Source of the DNA: Azolla caroliniana
Lineage: Eukaryota; Plantae; Polypodiophyta
Assembly: GCA_043228905.1 (NCBI GenBank)
Contig: JBHGNT010000002.1
Location: forward strand, 26,164,001-26,228,000
Direction of reading: 5' to 3'
Length of the DNA stretch: 64,000 nucleotides
How positions within the stretch are numbered: the first letter of the stretch is position 1; the number at the start of each line of letters is the position of its first letter. The translations under genes were made by a program, and so were the position numbers. This document shows, one piece after another, positions 14,770-25,842 of the stretch. Under the pieces are notes generated by a model, which saw only the letters and a program-made list of their open reading frames with translations, was not told the DNA's origin and did not search any database.

Positions 14770-14860
14770 CTTCCCTCATGGAGTGTTCGTCTGTCTTGCG
14801 TATTGGCAATTCAACATGTTTCACTACCCATGTAGTTTGTTGGTGACCGTACTCCATTGT
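14767..14860 (+). repeat. Short dispersed repeat, second copy at ~51876-51970
   Basis: Both copies share TCTTGC(G/C)TATTGGCAATTCAACATGTT(T/C)CACTACCCATGTAGT...GGTGACC, and both lie near (GA)n tracts. Confidence 0.75.
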
Positions 14861-15509
14861 GGGTTGCTCTATGGTGACTAGGTGGTCATGGGTATAACCC
14901 CTACATTCCACAACGGTATCTAGTGAAACATTATAAAGAGATCCCTAGTATAGCACCTATTAAATAAACTAGCACATGACTCACCAAGTTTAAGAGACAC
15001 TATTAGAAAATTAGGAAAATTGTGAAATAGCATACTTAGAAGTACTATCTTGAAGGCATTCTAAGAAAAGGCATCCAAATTCTCAATATCTTGTTGAGCA
15101 ACAAAATGACGAGGAAGTTGATCAATCAACAATTATGAGTAAACATTAAGCCCAAATCAAATCTATCTAATCATTAATCACCTTTAGTTTGAGCCATAAT
15201 AAATGCAATCGAATGCAAACCACCAACATTTCATAGCTAATCATTTTTTACTTTAACATTGATCACGTCAAATTGAGAGTTAACTACCCCCACATAAGTG
15301 CCAGTCATAATAAACTATTAGCAATTTTCAAAACTAGAATGATATGTTCATCAATTCTCCTAGATTAAATTAGAGAGTTTCATTGCACCAACACATATAT
15401 TGCATATTAGAGAATAAAAAGACATGATTATGGGCGGGCATGTACATCAAAATATAGGCATGCCATCATATATTTGGGCTTTGTTATGTTAGAAACTCTT
15501 ACAATGTAC

Positions 15510-15571
<62 letters not shown>

Positions 15572-15769
15572 TAATGAAATCAAACACATACTTTGATGTG
15601 TATGGGCATTTTTAGCTAGCATTGGAATTCAAATTTGCAATGTAATATTCCAATCTTGACATTTTGGCATTAGTGCTTCTATTAATCTATCTTGATGATC
15701 ACATACTTCATAGCATCATTTGAGAGCTCGATTAGATGTTTTACTATCCATATTTTAAACTATTTCATA

Positions 15770-16510
15770 ATTTCAAGCACTTAGCTTAGAGGGAATTTTG
15801 ATCTTATTAGTTTCAGTACATTGCAACCTATGTTCCAAGCCTGTTTTGGTACTCTTGACTTTTATGATATACTTTATGAATGGAGTGCCTACTTCTAATA
15901 GCATGAGAAGATAGGATGTGGGGAATTTACTCCCAATTGTCGACATATGAATACTTTTTTGGATTTTCTCCATTATTCCATGCAGTAAGTTACTTGTGAG
16001 ATACTGCCAACACATACTTCCACTCCATAAAGCAAACCTTGGATCAACATAGCACTGAATAACATCAATCTCACTTCCCATCCTCGTTTACCACTTTGGT
16101 TGCAATGATCCTGAAACATATACTAATTACTCCAACTTGCTTGAAGTGTGAGACTATTTGTTAATGAGACATAAATACCAAGACATTTGAAGCTTTGCAC
16201 TACTTGTATTGATTTTCCCATGCATATAATGTGGAGTAGCCATCAACTTTGTTTTGTCCACAATACAATTTGCCTATTGATTTGGTAAATGATTCCAAAG
16301 TCTATATAAGAATAAATTAACAACATCGATATATGTATAGGATTTGATCTTTCTTCTTTTCTAGGCTTTTTACTATTGTTTCAAGTTCATCAATGCATAA
16401 ATGAAAGAGTATGGGAGAGAGTGGACAACCTTTCTTAGGCCCCATTTTGCTCAAGAAGTACTTTGACAAACTACTATCTATTTTCAATTGGCATCTAACT
16501 TGCTCATACA
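15770..16510 (-). pseudogene. Degenerate non-LTR retrotransposon RT fragment (RTE/RTEX-like), split by the L1 insertion; continues at ~23127-23380
   Basis: GPKKGCPLSPILFHLCIDELE matches the RT G-x-x-QGCPLSP motif. It is the same type as the relic at 61-64 kb. Confidence 0.7.
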
Positions 16511-16653
16511 ATCATGTTACAATTGCGATTCAGGAGGTGGAAGCTCTGCAGGAGGCAGCGACGGGATAGCAGAGTAACAGAGGTGCCGACAGCAGAGGCA
16601 GGATCAAACGACATTGTCAAAGACATCGATCTACGACTCAGCCGTGAAGAGCG

Positions 16654-18534
16654 ATGGCAGCAGAAGGATCTTCGAAAAACGACTCGGCTGCTTCAGAGCC
16701 TGCACAAACATCAGCCCCAAACCTTCTGGACATCAATGGAACACAGGTATGTCATGAACATCTATTTAATCGCATTGATGCTGAAACCGAACAGGAAACA
16801 CAAGGGGTGGACAATCAAAATGGTCACTCAATGCATGCAATGGGAGCCTTTGTTCTCTCCCAGGAGGAAGAATGCCTAATGGAGAGTGAATTAACACGTC
16901 TTAAACGGGAATCCTTTGTGGTAAAAGTGGTGGGTAGCCGTCCCAATAGAGCAATATTGCGTGATTGGCTGCAAAGTTGTCTACAAGAAGACCTTGGTAG
17001 ATTGAAGGACATTGCATTTATGGGAAAGGGCTTCTACCATGTTATAGTGATGCCGGAAACGAATGTATGCAAAATTGTTGAGAGCAGCCCACTGATTTGG
17101 CACAATGCGAGGGCCTATGTATTCAATTGGGATGCAGACTTTGACATGTGTAAAGCTGATGCTTATATAGGCAATCCTACAGTGGTAACGACATTATTTC
17201 CTGGTTTACCTAAGCAATGGGAATCCTTTCTCCCGGCCATTGGCAAAAGTATGGGAGGTCAATACCTGGAAAAGACTCTTGCAGAGAGAATAAGTGAAAC
17301 ACCGAGGATCAAACTAATTGTTTCGGATGTAAAGACCTTACCGCAATCAATGGTGTTGAGCAGTAAACAAATGGCTGACCATGTACAAACTGTTGAGTAT
17401 GTGGGACTCCCAGGGCAATGCTTTGCATGTAGATAGATGGGGCACATGGCCCGAGAATGCCCTAGAGGAAAGGAGAACATGCATCATGGAAATGGGAAGC
17501 TAGGACAGAAATGTAAAACAAGTCTGATGCAACACAAAAATCAACGAATGAACCATGCATTGAGTAAGAATGAAGATGGATGGAAACAGAACACCTATAA
17601 AGGCAAACAAAAAGTCATGGTCGGACAAGAATGGCTCCCACTTAGAAATAAGTATGCGCTCTTAACCTTAGAGGACAATGAATACAAACCTAATGAAAGG
17701 GAAGAAAGAAAGAAGACAACTCATGAGAGTAATTATGTGGAAGTAATTAATGATATGACGAAACTACACCAGGAGGACAACTTGGTAGGGGATGTTATTG
17801 GCCAGATGCTTCCTGAAAGTATAGGCGAGGTAGGAGAATTAAACATAGGTAAGGTCGTAAGCCCATTGAAAGAGCAGTCTAAGTCATTGGTGACAACCCA
17901 AGATATTAAGGGGCTAGCAAAAATGAAAAGGCACATGCGTGCTAAAAAAGAGGAGATGAAGGGGATGGAAAAAAATAAAGGGATGCGTAAATGGCCAAGA
18001 GTGAACTGGAATCTTCAATACAAGGCGGGCCCCCTCTCGAATATTGGACAACAGATCAAAGTGAATCTGTCGGGCAAAAAGTGGTTCAAGGAACTATGTG
18101 GAAGTGAGATGAAGAAGGACAACATATGTAGAGTCAATATATATGGCAAATGTAGTGATGGAGGGGTTGCTGGTCTGTCCTATATTTTGGCCTTGGGAAC
18201 TAAGGAGCCACATAGTAGAGAAGAAGCCCTCGGGTGTTTGGAACAACAAATGGATGTTTATGTAGACGCATCATATGGTACCGCAATAGGGATGAAAATG
18301 AAAAGACAATGGAAAGATGCCTTGATTTGGAGTTCGGGCAAGGCGAATGAACAAGGCATATGCTTCATAAATGTGAAATTTAGGAAGCTTCCTAATCTGA
18401 TAACGGAGTTCATGGTATACATCCCTGAAATGCTGACACATTTGGAAGAGGAAAATCTCCAAGATCGGATATTAGCTACCATATTGGAAGCGGAAAATGC
18501 ATTGGCTGGGCCTCAGAAGGTGCAGCTTATATGA
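16654..18534 (+). pseudogene. L1 ORF1 (DUF4283-like region, CCHC knuckle) with one in-frame stop at 17434-17436
   Basis: ORFs 16654-17436 and 17437-18534 are in the same frame, and the stop falls inside the knuckle CFACR*MGHMARECP. The ORF1 stop overlaps the ORF2 start (ATGA, 18531-18534). Confidence 0.9.
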
Positions 18535-21500
18535 ATCTCAGTTTGCTAACTTGGAATATACAAGGAATTGGTGGCACCCAATTCCAGATGAAAAAGAATG
18601 TGTTGGTTGCTGAAATTCAGCGATGCACTGAGGCAGTGTTGCCTGATATTATCTTGGTACAGGAGCACCATCTAGATGGGGACAAGATCGATAAAATAGG
18701 AAGCATTTGCCCCGGAAACTGGACCAATACATGGTCAGCAGCTACGGGAGATAGGCAGATTCAGGGGGGAGTACTTATAGCTATGAAAGCTAAGTTTACT
18801 GCTGACTGTACAGGCAGGGGTAGTTTAATAGAGGGTCGTGCTGTCTACATAAGGATAAAACACAGTTGTGGGCACTTGGGCATACTGAACATTTATGCCC
18901 CAAATTCAGCTGCTGAAAGACAAGAATTCTGGTTGCAACTAGAGGCCAAGAAACCAGATGCTGAGTTGTGGATCATTGGAGGAGACTTTAATATGGTGGA
19001 GCATCCAGAAGATAGAAGAGGCAATGCAAATGGAACGGTACAGGGGGCAGAGAAGAATGCATGGGATAAGTTTTGTTTAGCATATAATGTGATAGATTGT
19101 TGGAATGCCCCTAACTTTCAAATGCAAAAAGAAAAATCTCTTCGCTACTCTAGAGTAGGAGGAAGTGTGCACGGGAGGACGATGTCTAGGCTGGACAGAT
19201 GGTATTTGGACCCTCGACTCATGGATAGGAAAGGTAGATGCATTATTTGCCCGGGTACAATGTTCTCTGATCATGCCCCAGTTCTGTTACACATACAAGC
19301 AAACAATCGTTGCAAGCCACATAATGTGAAGGTGTGTAAGGAATTGGTTATGGATAATAAATGGACCGATGATATACGGAAAATATGGTATGATATCAGA
19401 TGGAGGTACCTTGACCCTGCTCATAGGCTGGCTGGGAAACTTGAGGCATGTCCAGGGTTTTTTCAACAAAAAGCGATTGAAATTAGAAAAGAGATACGAG
19501 AGAAAATGCAGAGAATGCAATGGTCACTCGTTTCTATGCAACGACTAAGAGAATTATACCCACATAATGTATGGATTGAGGCGCAACTTGAGGAGGCCAA
19601 AAGCAAATTAGAGAGGTACCAAAAACTTAGGAGTACCTATGCCTATCGAAGTAGGGCAGCAAACTGGATGAGGGTAGGAGATCGGGTTACTAAAGGTTTT
19701 TTTGAAGGTGTTAAATGCAAAGGATCTGGGTTTCAACCTTCATGCTTAAAAAAGACAGATGGCACAATGACCACATGCAAAGAGGAAATGCTTGAAATAG
19801 CCACAAGCTATTATACTCACCTACTAAATGTATGCAATAAGGATCTGATTCATCAGGTTGCCTTTAGAAATACAATAAAGAGGATACCAAGGAAAGTTAC
19901 GGCTCAAATGATGGACCAACTAAATACCCCTATAGGTATGCATGAATTGTGGGATGCTATTGGGGATATGAACAAACAAAGCTGTGCAGGAATTGATGGA
20001 CTTCCTCTATACTTTTACATCCAGTATTGGGATCTAATTAAGGATGACATGCTGGCAGGGATGCAACACATTATGGTAGAAGGACTAATGCCCACAACAA
20101 TGTGTAGAGGCATGATTTATTTAATACCCAAGGCTGGTAAAGACCTAGCAACGCTTGATAATTGGCGACCACTGACGATCCTCACCAATGCATATAAGAT
20201 AATGGCCAAAGTCGTAAGTAAGAGATTGAAAATGGTACTTGGGGACATTATACATACAACGCAAACTGGTTTCTTGGAAAACCGGAGTATTGTGGACAAT
20301 GTGATAACATTCTGGGAATACTCAGCATGGGCTGAGGAGCAAGAAGTGAACCTAGCAGTAATGCTACTTGACTTCGAAAAAGCATATGACAGGATTTCAT
20401 GGGATTTCCTAGAAGCAGTGATGGCAGCCCTAGGTTTTGAACAACAATGGATCCGTTGAATGGGTGCCTTCTACAGAGGTGCATCCAGCCAAGTGTTAAT
20501 GGCTGGAAGTATGGGGAAGAGCTTTAAGATGCTACGTTCGGTACGCCAAGGATGCCCATTAGCCCCGTATTTATACATAATTGCAGCAGAAGCTTTGCAT
20601 TATCAAATTGCTGATAGATCTTGGCAAATACAAGGCCTTACCTTACCCGATGCTGAAGTTATGGTGCTTGATACGACATATGCTGATGACACAATGACCT
20701 ATGTCAAAGGTGATGCACACAACTTGGGCAGATTGCAAAATGCAATTGATGAGTTTTGTAGGGGATCCGATGCTAAAATAAATTGGAATAAATCTGTGGG
20801 CATTTGGATCAGTAATAAACCCATGTTAAACTGGGTCCCCGACCCCAATTTTAGATGGTTGAGGAAAGGAGAAGCTACTAGATACTTGGGCTTCAAAATT
20901 GGTATGGACATTGATCGGGCAGAACACTACAATCTACTAGTGGATAAAATAAAAATGAAGCTAATATGGTGGAATGCAAGAAAACTATCCTTTGCGGGAA
21001 AGATTGTGATTGCAAATCAGATTCTAATGGCCACTATATGGCACACTGCTGCATGCTGGATAATCGTGCCCAAGTCAATGAAATTGATAAAAAAGATCAT
21101 TAGAAATTTCTTATGGGGGGGCACAGAGGAAAAACAAGCCGTTGCAAAGATTGCTTGAACCACACTTATAAAAAGGAAAAGTGAAGGGGGGGTGGGATTG
21201 ATAGATCCCGTGATGCAAACGAAGGCCTTGCTAGGCAAACTAGTGGTCCGGAGCCTACAACCTCCTGAGGCACCTTGGAAAGTTCTATGGCGGCGTAGAT
21301 GGAAGATGTGGCTGCCAAGACAAGGTGGATGTTGGCCTAGCAGCCCATTTTGGGGCTTTGTGCCAGAAATGAGGCCCAAATACTGGGGAAGTATGCAGAG
21401 TCTTTGTGCTATCGGAATTATGAAAGCATGGCAAGAAATCAGAAAGGGGATCATATGTAGGTGGAGAAATGATGCATATGTGCGGATATACATGCCAATT

Positions 21501-22880
21501 GTGTGGAATCCATTGATTAGAGATGTGGATGGGCTGATGATAGGCCAAAAAACAGGTTTCAAATGGGCTGAGTTAATCAATGCCCAAGGGAATGCATTAG
21601 TGGAGTGGGAGAGGTTTTTGTCCAATGAGGTGGGCACTCAAAAGGCTAGAATATGGAGAATAAGCAGGGGTAAAGGCATGCTCAAGAGAATTACAGATGC
21701 CATTGCATGCTACAAGAATACATTGGAAGAGGAAGAAGTAACAACCTCTGAAATTGCGTGGACAGGTCTTATAGATGCTGAAAACTGTTTAATTGGCATT
21801 AAGGGAATGAAAGTAGAATCGAACGAGGTATGCTACTACAAACTAGAGCACGGAAGGGCAAGAGGTGAGCAACCAGTCTTTCAAAGAGAAAAGCCGATTA
21901 GGCTGATCGTAAAAACTGGCAAGAATATGATTATTGACCCTAAGCCAAGGGAGATCACACCGGCGACAGTGTGCTGGCCTATAGAAGGGCATTTGGATCA
22001 GTTATCATGGGACCCAGCCAGGTATTTTTGGAGAACTCAAGGACAAACTGATGGGGAAAAGCTGGTTCAATTTTTCAGGTATAACACGAAGATTGGGAGG
22101 CAAATTCTTCTAAAACAAAAACATGACAAGGTTGCGGCAAGGAAATTTTGGATGTAGGAGGGCATAAGTGAAAGGAGACTAGATAAATTCTGGAAAATGA
22201 TATGGCATGACAAATATGACCGCAAGATAATGATGTGTTTATGGCTTATTGCACATAGAGCCTTGCCGATAGGGACGTGGGGTAAAGGCCCCAATGTAGA
22301 CCCTCGATGTACTGCATGTGGACAGATAGAAAGCATCTCCCATTGTCTATGGGAATGTCGTGATGCAATGGCTGTATGGGGAAGGGCACTTCGTTTGCTT
22401 TGCCATGCCTCTAGTTCGTTCACCCTCAACTGGGGACATGCTTGTTGGATGTCTCTTGACGTTGATGTGGCGACATACGATAGCACATGCAATGTTAAGT
22501 ACAGAGGGGAGAATGGCATTGTTCGGCTGATCCCTGACAACGAGGTACCTACAACTTGTGTACAGAATCAAAAACTTGAAGATCTTTGGATGTTGCTTGC
22601 CCCCATTACTATATGGCATATATGGACAACAAGGTGTACCAAGGTATTTTCCGCACACAAATGCCCTCCAGCTGAATCGATTAAGCTAATTTGGCACACA
22701 CTCATAACTACACTAAGAGCTCAATATGAGCGGATTAATGGTACTAATGATGCTGCAGACCTAATGAGGCTGAATTTTCGAAAAAGATGGTGTACGACAT
22801 CGATGGCCGCAACAAATGGAATGGATATACTATGGAAGTATGATGTACCCAGATGGTTGTTTCCCCCTCCCATTAGTTGA
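18531..22880 (+). pseudogene. L1 ORF2 (APE endonuclease, RT, C-terminal zinc finger) with three in-frame stops
   Basis: Endonuclease motifs TWNIQG, GGDFN, SRLDR, SDH; RT motifs DFEKAYD, RQGCPLAP, YADD; zinc finger CTACGQIESISHCLWEC. Stops at 20457, 21156 and 22155; no frameshifts. Confidence 0.95.
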
Positions 22881-23710
22881 ACGAGGGGCGTGAAAGACAT
22901 GGCAAGTGGGATAGTGAAGGTAGGTGATGTATCTGTAAGGATGGCTTGAGTCATATGTAAAAGTGTAAGATAAATAAGTGAGATCTCTCGTATGTAGGCT
23001 AGGATAATCTTGGCACGGCCTACCTGAGAAAGGGATCGTGTTCATGTATATTTTAACTAATGGAGTATATTCTTTTTTGGAAAAATAATAAAAAAATAAA
23101 AAATAAAAAAATCATGTTACAATTGCTCCATACTTTAATGGCATTCTAATATATATCATTGTTTTCCAAAGCTCCATACTCAACTGCTCCATACACTAAT
23201 GTAATTCTAATATATATCCATACACTAGTGCCAAAGACTTTCTTGTCCATAAAATAACTAGCTAACATTTTGCATTGAAGTCTACTTTATTTCATAATTA
23301 CTTTTAGTAGAACAAAATTATCCAAAGTGAAATATTTTGGTTTAAAGCTTGCTTGACAAAGTGTTCGTTTGTGATGATGATCAGTCCATGAGGTAATCAT
23401 TTGTTCCATGGTAGTGCTATATAATTTGGCCATGACCAAACTAACTATGATAGTGGATAGTTGGATACTAATTTTTTATCTCTTCCTTTAGGGATTGGTT
23501 TAATCCAATTCATGAGCCAATTTTCCATAAAAGCCTGGTTGATAGCTTGGTCCATGATAGTCGTTATCCAAAATACATTTTACGTGGATATTCCTTATTC
23601 TATGTAGTACATATTAGTAATCATTATATAGGTCTGATATTAATTCTATGGGATAAGTATTGTCCTATAGATGTATATAATGATCCTTATGGTTGGTTTT
23701 TGGTTGCAGA

Positions 23711-24617
23711 TAACAATCGGCAACGTTTCGGTTTGGTTTGAGAGGGTCCAAATGGAACCGTTTAAATTTTTTGAAACCTAAACCGAACCGAACCATGAAA
23801 TTGTTAAACCGAATCGTTAAATCGTAAAAACCACGGTTCGTGGTTCGGTTTCGGTTCAACTTAGTTCAAATTTTAAAATTTAAAATTTATAATATTTCAT
23901 TTTTAAAATTTTTAAAATTTTAAAGACGTTCCTAAAATGTGAGAATTGTCGTGACTTGAGAATAGGAGAGAGAAAAATAAGATAACAGTTGAAGGTAGAG
24001 GGAGAGAGAGAGAGAAAGAACACTAGAAACGGAAAGAGAGTTTATATTATAAGAGAGCAAGGATTACAAAGAGTAGGCTAATGGGCTACAAACTGGTGTT
24101 GAACCGAATGAGTTGTGATAAATGAATAGACACCTATTTATAGGTCCTTATGGAGTATTCTAGAATGTTCTAGAATATTTTAGATATTTATGATATTTAA
24201 TATAATCATGGAATATCCTAGAATGTTCTAGAATACTCTAGATTGTTCTGGAATACTCTAAATGTCTTGTAATAACTAATAATACATTTATTATAACTAT
24301 ACATCATATATGTTCGTATAATGGTTAAAGGTCCAACATATAGACCAAGACGTCTTGGGCTTGAATCCTTGTAAGGCCAAAATGTATGTCATCATGACAA
24401 GAATAAGGTCTAAAAATAAAAAGATTGTTTTAAAAAAAAATTTAAATTTTAAAAATAAATAAATAAATAACTCTTAAACCGTTTAAACCGCGGTTTTTTA
24501 CTGTTGAAACCAAACCGACCCGGTTTTAAAAACCTAAACCTAAACCGAACCCTTGAAACCATTAAGCCGTGGTTTCGCGGTTCAGTTTGGTTCAAACCGA
24601 ACCGTTGCCAATTGTTA
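23711..24617. mobile_element. Non-autonomous hAT-type element (MITE)
   Basis: TIRs TAACAATCGGCAACG and CGTTGCCAATTGTTA, an 8-bp TSD GTTGCAGA (23703-23710, 24618-24625), and subterminal AACCG/CGGTT arrays. Confidence 0.9.
23947..24399 (-). mobile_element. Solo LTR (453 bp) inside the hAT MITE, related to the chromovirus LTR at 33065
   Basis: Termini TGTCGTGA...TCATGACA and 5-bp TSD AGAAT (23942-23946, 24400-24404). Minus-strand TATA CTATAAATAG; shares CTGG(T/C)GTTGAACCGA and TCTAGAATGTTC with the chromovirus LTR. Confidence 0.88.
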
Positions 24618-24628
24618 GTTGCAGAATC

Positions 24629-25075
24629 ATGCATTTTGGTGAGGTTGTTTGGCTAGTGAGCATTTATGCTCCAAACCACACTACTTAATGTATTGCATTA
24701 CAAGGCTCACCACTTTGGACTCTACCTATGGGTTTCCCACTAATACATATGGGTGATTCTAACAATTGTTGATGTGTCACAATCTAATCAACAACATTCA
24801 ATCATGAATGACCTTGAGCAAACTAGTAGGATTTCATTAGTTGTTTTAAGTTGGATGTATGGACTCAATTTTACTCTCCACCATAGAAAGACAAGGAGTC
24901 TGCTAGATAGAATGTATGTGATGCAAGATGATTCCTTTAACATCACTTTGTAAGATAATGTTAGGAGATGTGGGGTCATTACTCTACAAAACATTAAGAT
25001 AATTCATCAAAGGTATGGGTTAACTATTTAAAACAACCTTATCAGAAGATAGATTTTTGAATGGAATTCTCACAA
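24629..25075 (+). repeat. 447-bp direct repeat, copy 1 (copy 2 at 32171-32617), flanking the Ty3/gypsy element
   Basis: The copies are near-identical; about 4 transitions counted by eye. Confidence 0.95.
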
Positions 25076-25842
25076 TCGCGTTGTTACGCGCGTGCGTGTA
25101 GAACAAGGCGGGACCACCGGGGCCTTGGACCGAGAAATAACTGAGAAGGAGGAGAATGGAAAGGCAATAGATGCACTTGCACACGCACTGACACGGGAGC
25201 ACACAGGAATCACAATCCAACAACACATCAAACGAGACGACTCGAAGTCCGAGTATATGATCACGTATGTATATAAATGTATGTATATATCAAGACGGTT
25301 ACAACTAACAGGCCGGCAAGGCGAACACCGATGCCTGCTCACACACCCACACAAAAGAGCGAGATGGAGTCTCTGCCGGAAGCACACAGGCGTTCCGCGG
25401 AGCAGAGTCAGCCTCCCGACAGCCTGTGCAAAAATGGCTATGGAGAGTGGTAGAGAAGAAGGGCTCGGTCCCAATCCGGCAACACCTCGTCCTCTCTGAC
25501 GCGCGATATCTTTTTCCATTCCTCTCCCTCTCTTTTATAGCCCAAGGAGGGAGGCCGTTATCACCCGTTACATCATATTACTTCTCTGTCCTTTCGGACA
25601 GATATACAATTCGATTCTCTCCCTATTGAATGCGTGCTACCTAGGATTTCACCTCAGCCGACTTGTACCTACCTACTTACTATACAACGAAAAGTGCGCT
25701 CGCGTGCAAGGGCCGGTTTACACATGCTAAACTCGGTTTCCGCTTAGAGACGGTTTTCTTTGCGACATCCGCCCCCACCTAACCGCGCATCCACCGGTAT
25801 GCGCCAAAATTTGGCTCTTGCTGGAGAAAACCGGCCCATGCT

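Larger units (their letters stand above)
16527..23110 (+). mobile_element. Full-length L1-type LINE (~6.6 kb)
   Basis: 16-bp TSD ATCATGTTACAATTGC at 16511-16526 and 23111-23126, an A-rich tail at ~23081-23110, and ORF1 plus ORF2. Confidence 0.97.

Noticed and set aside
17434-22157. Programmed read-through of the four in-frame L1 stops
   Set aside because: No shared read-through context; single transitions from Trp or Gln codons explain them.
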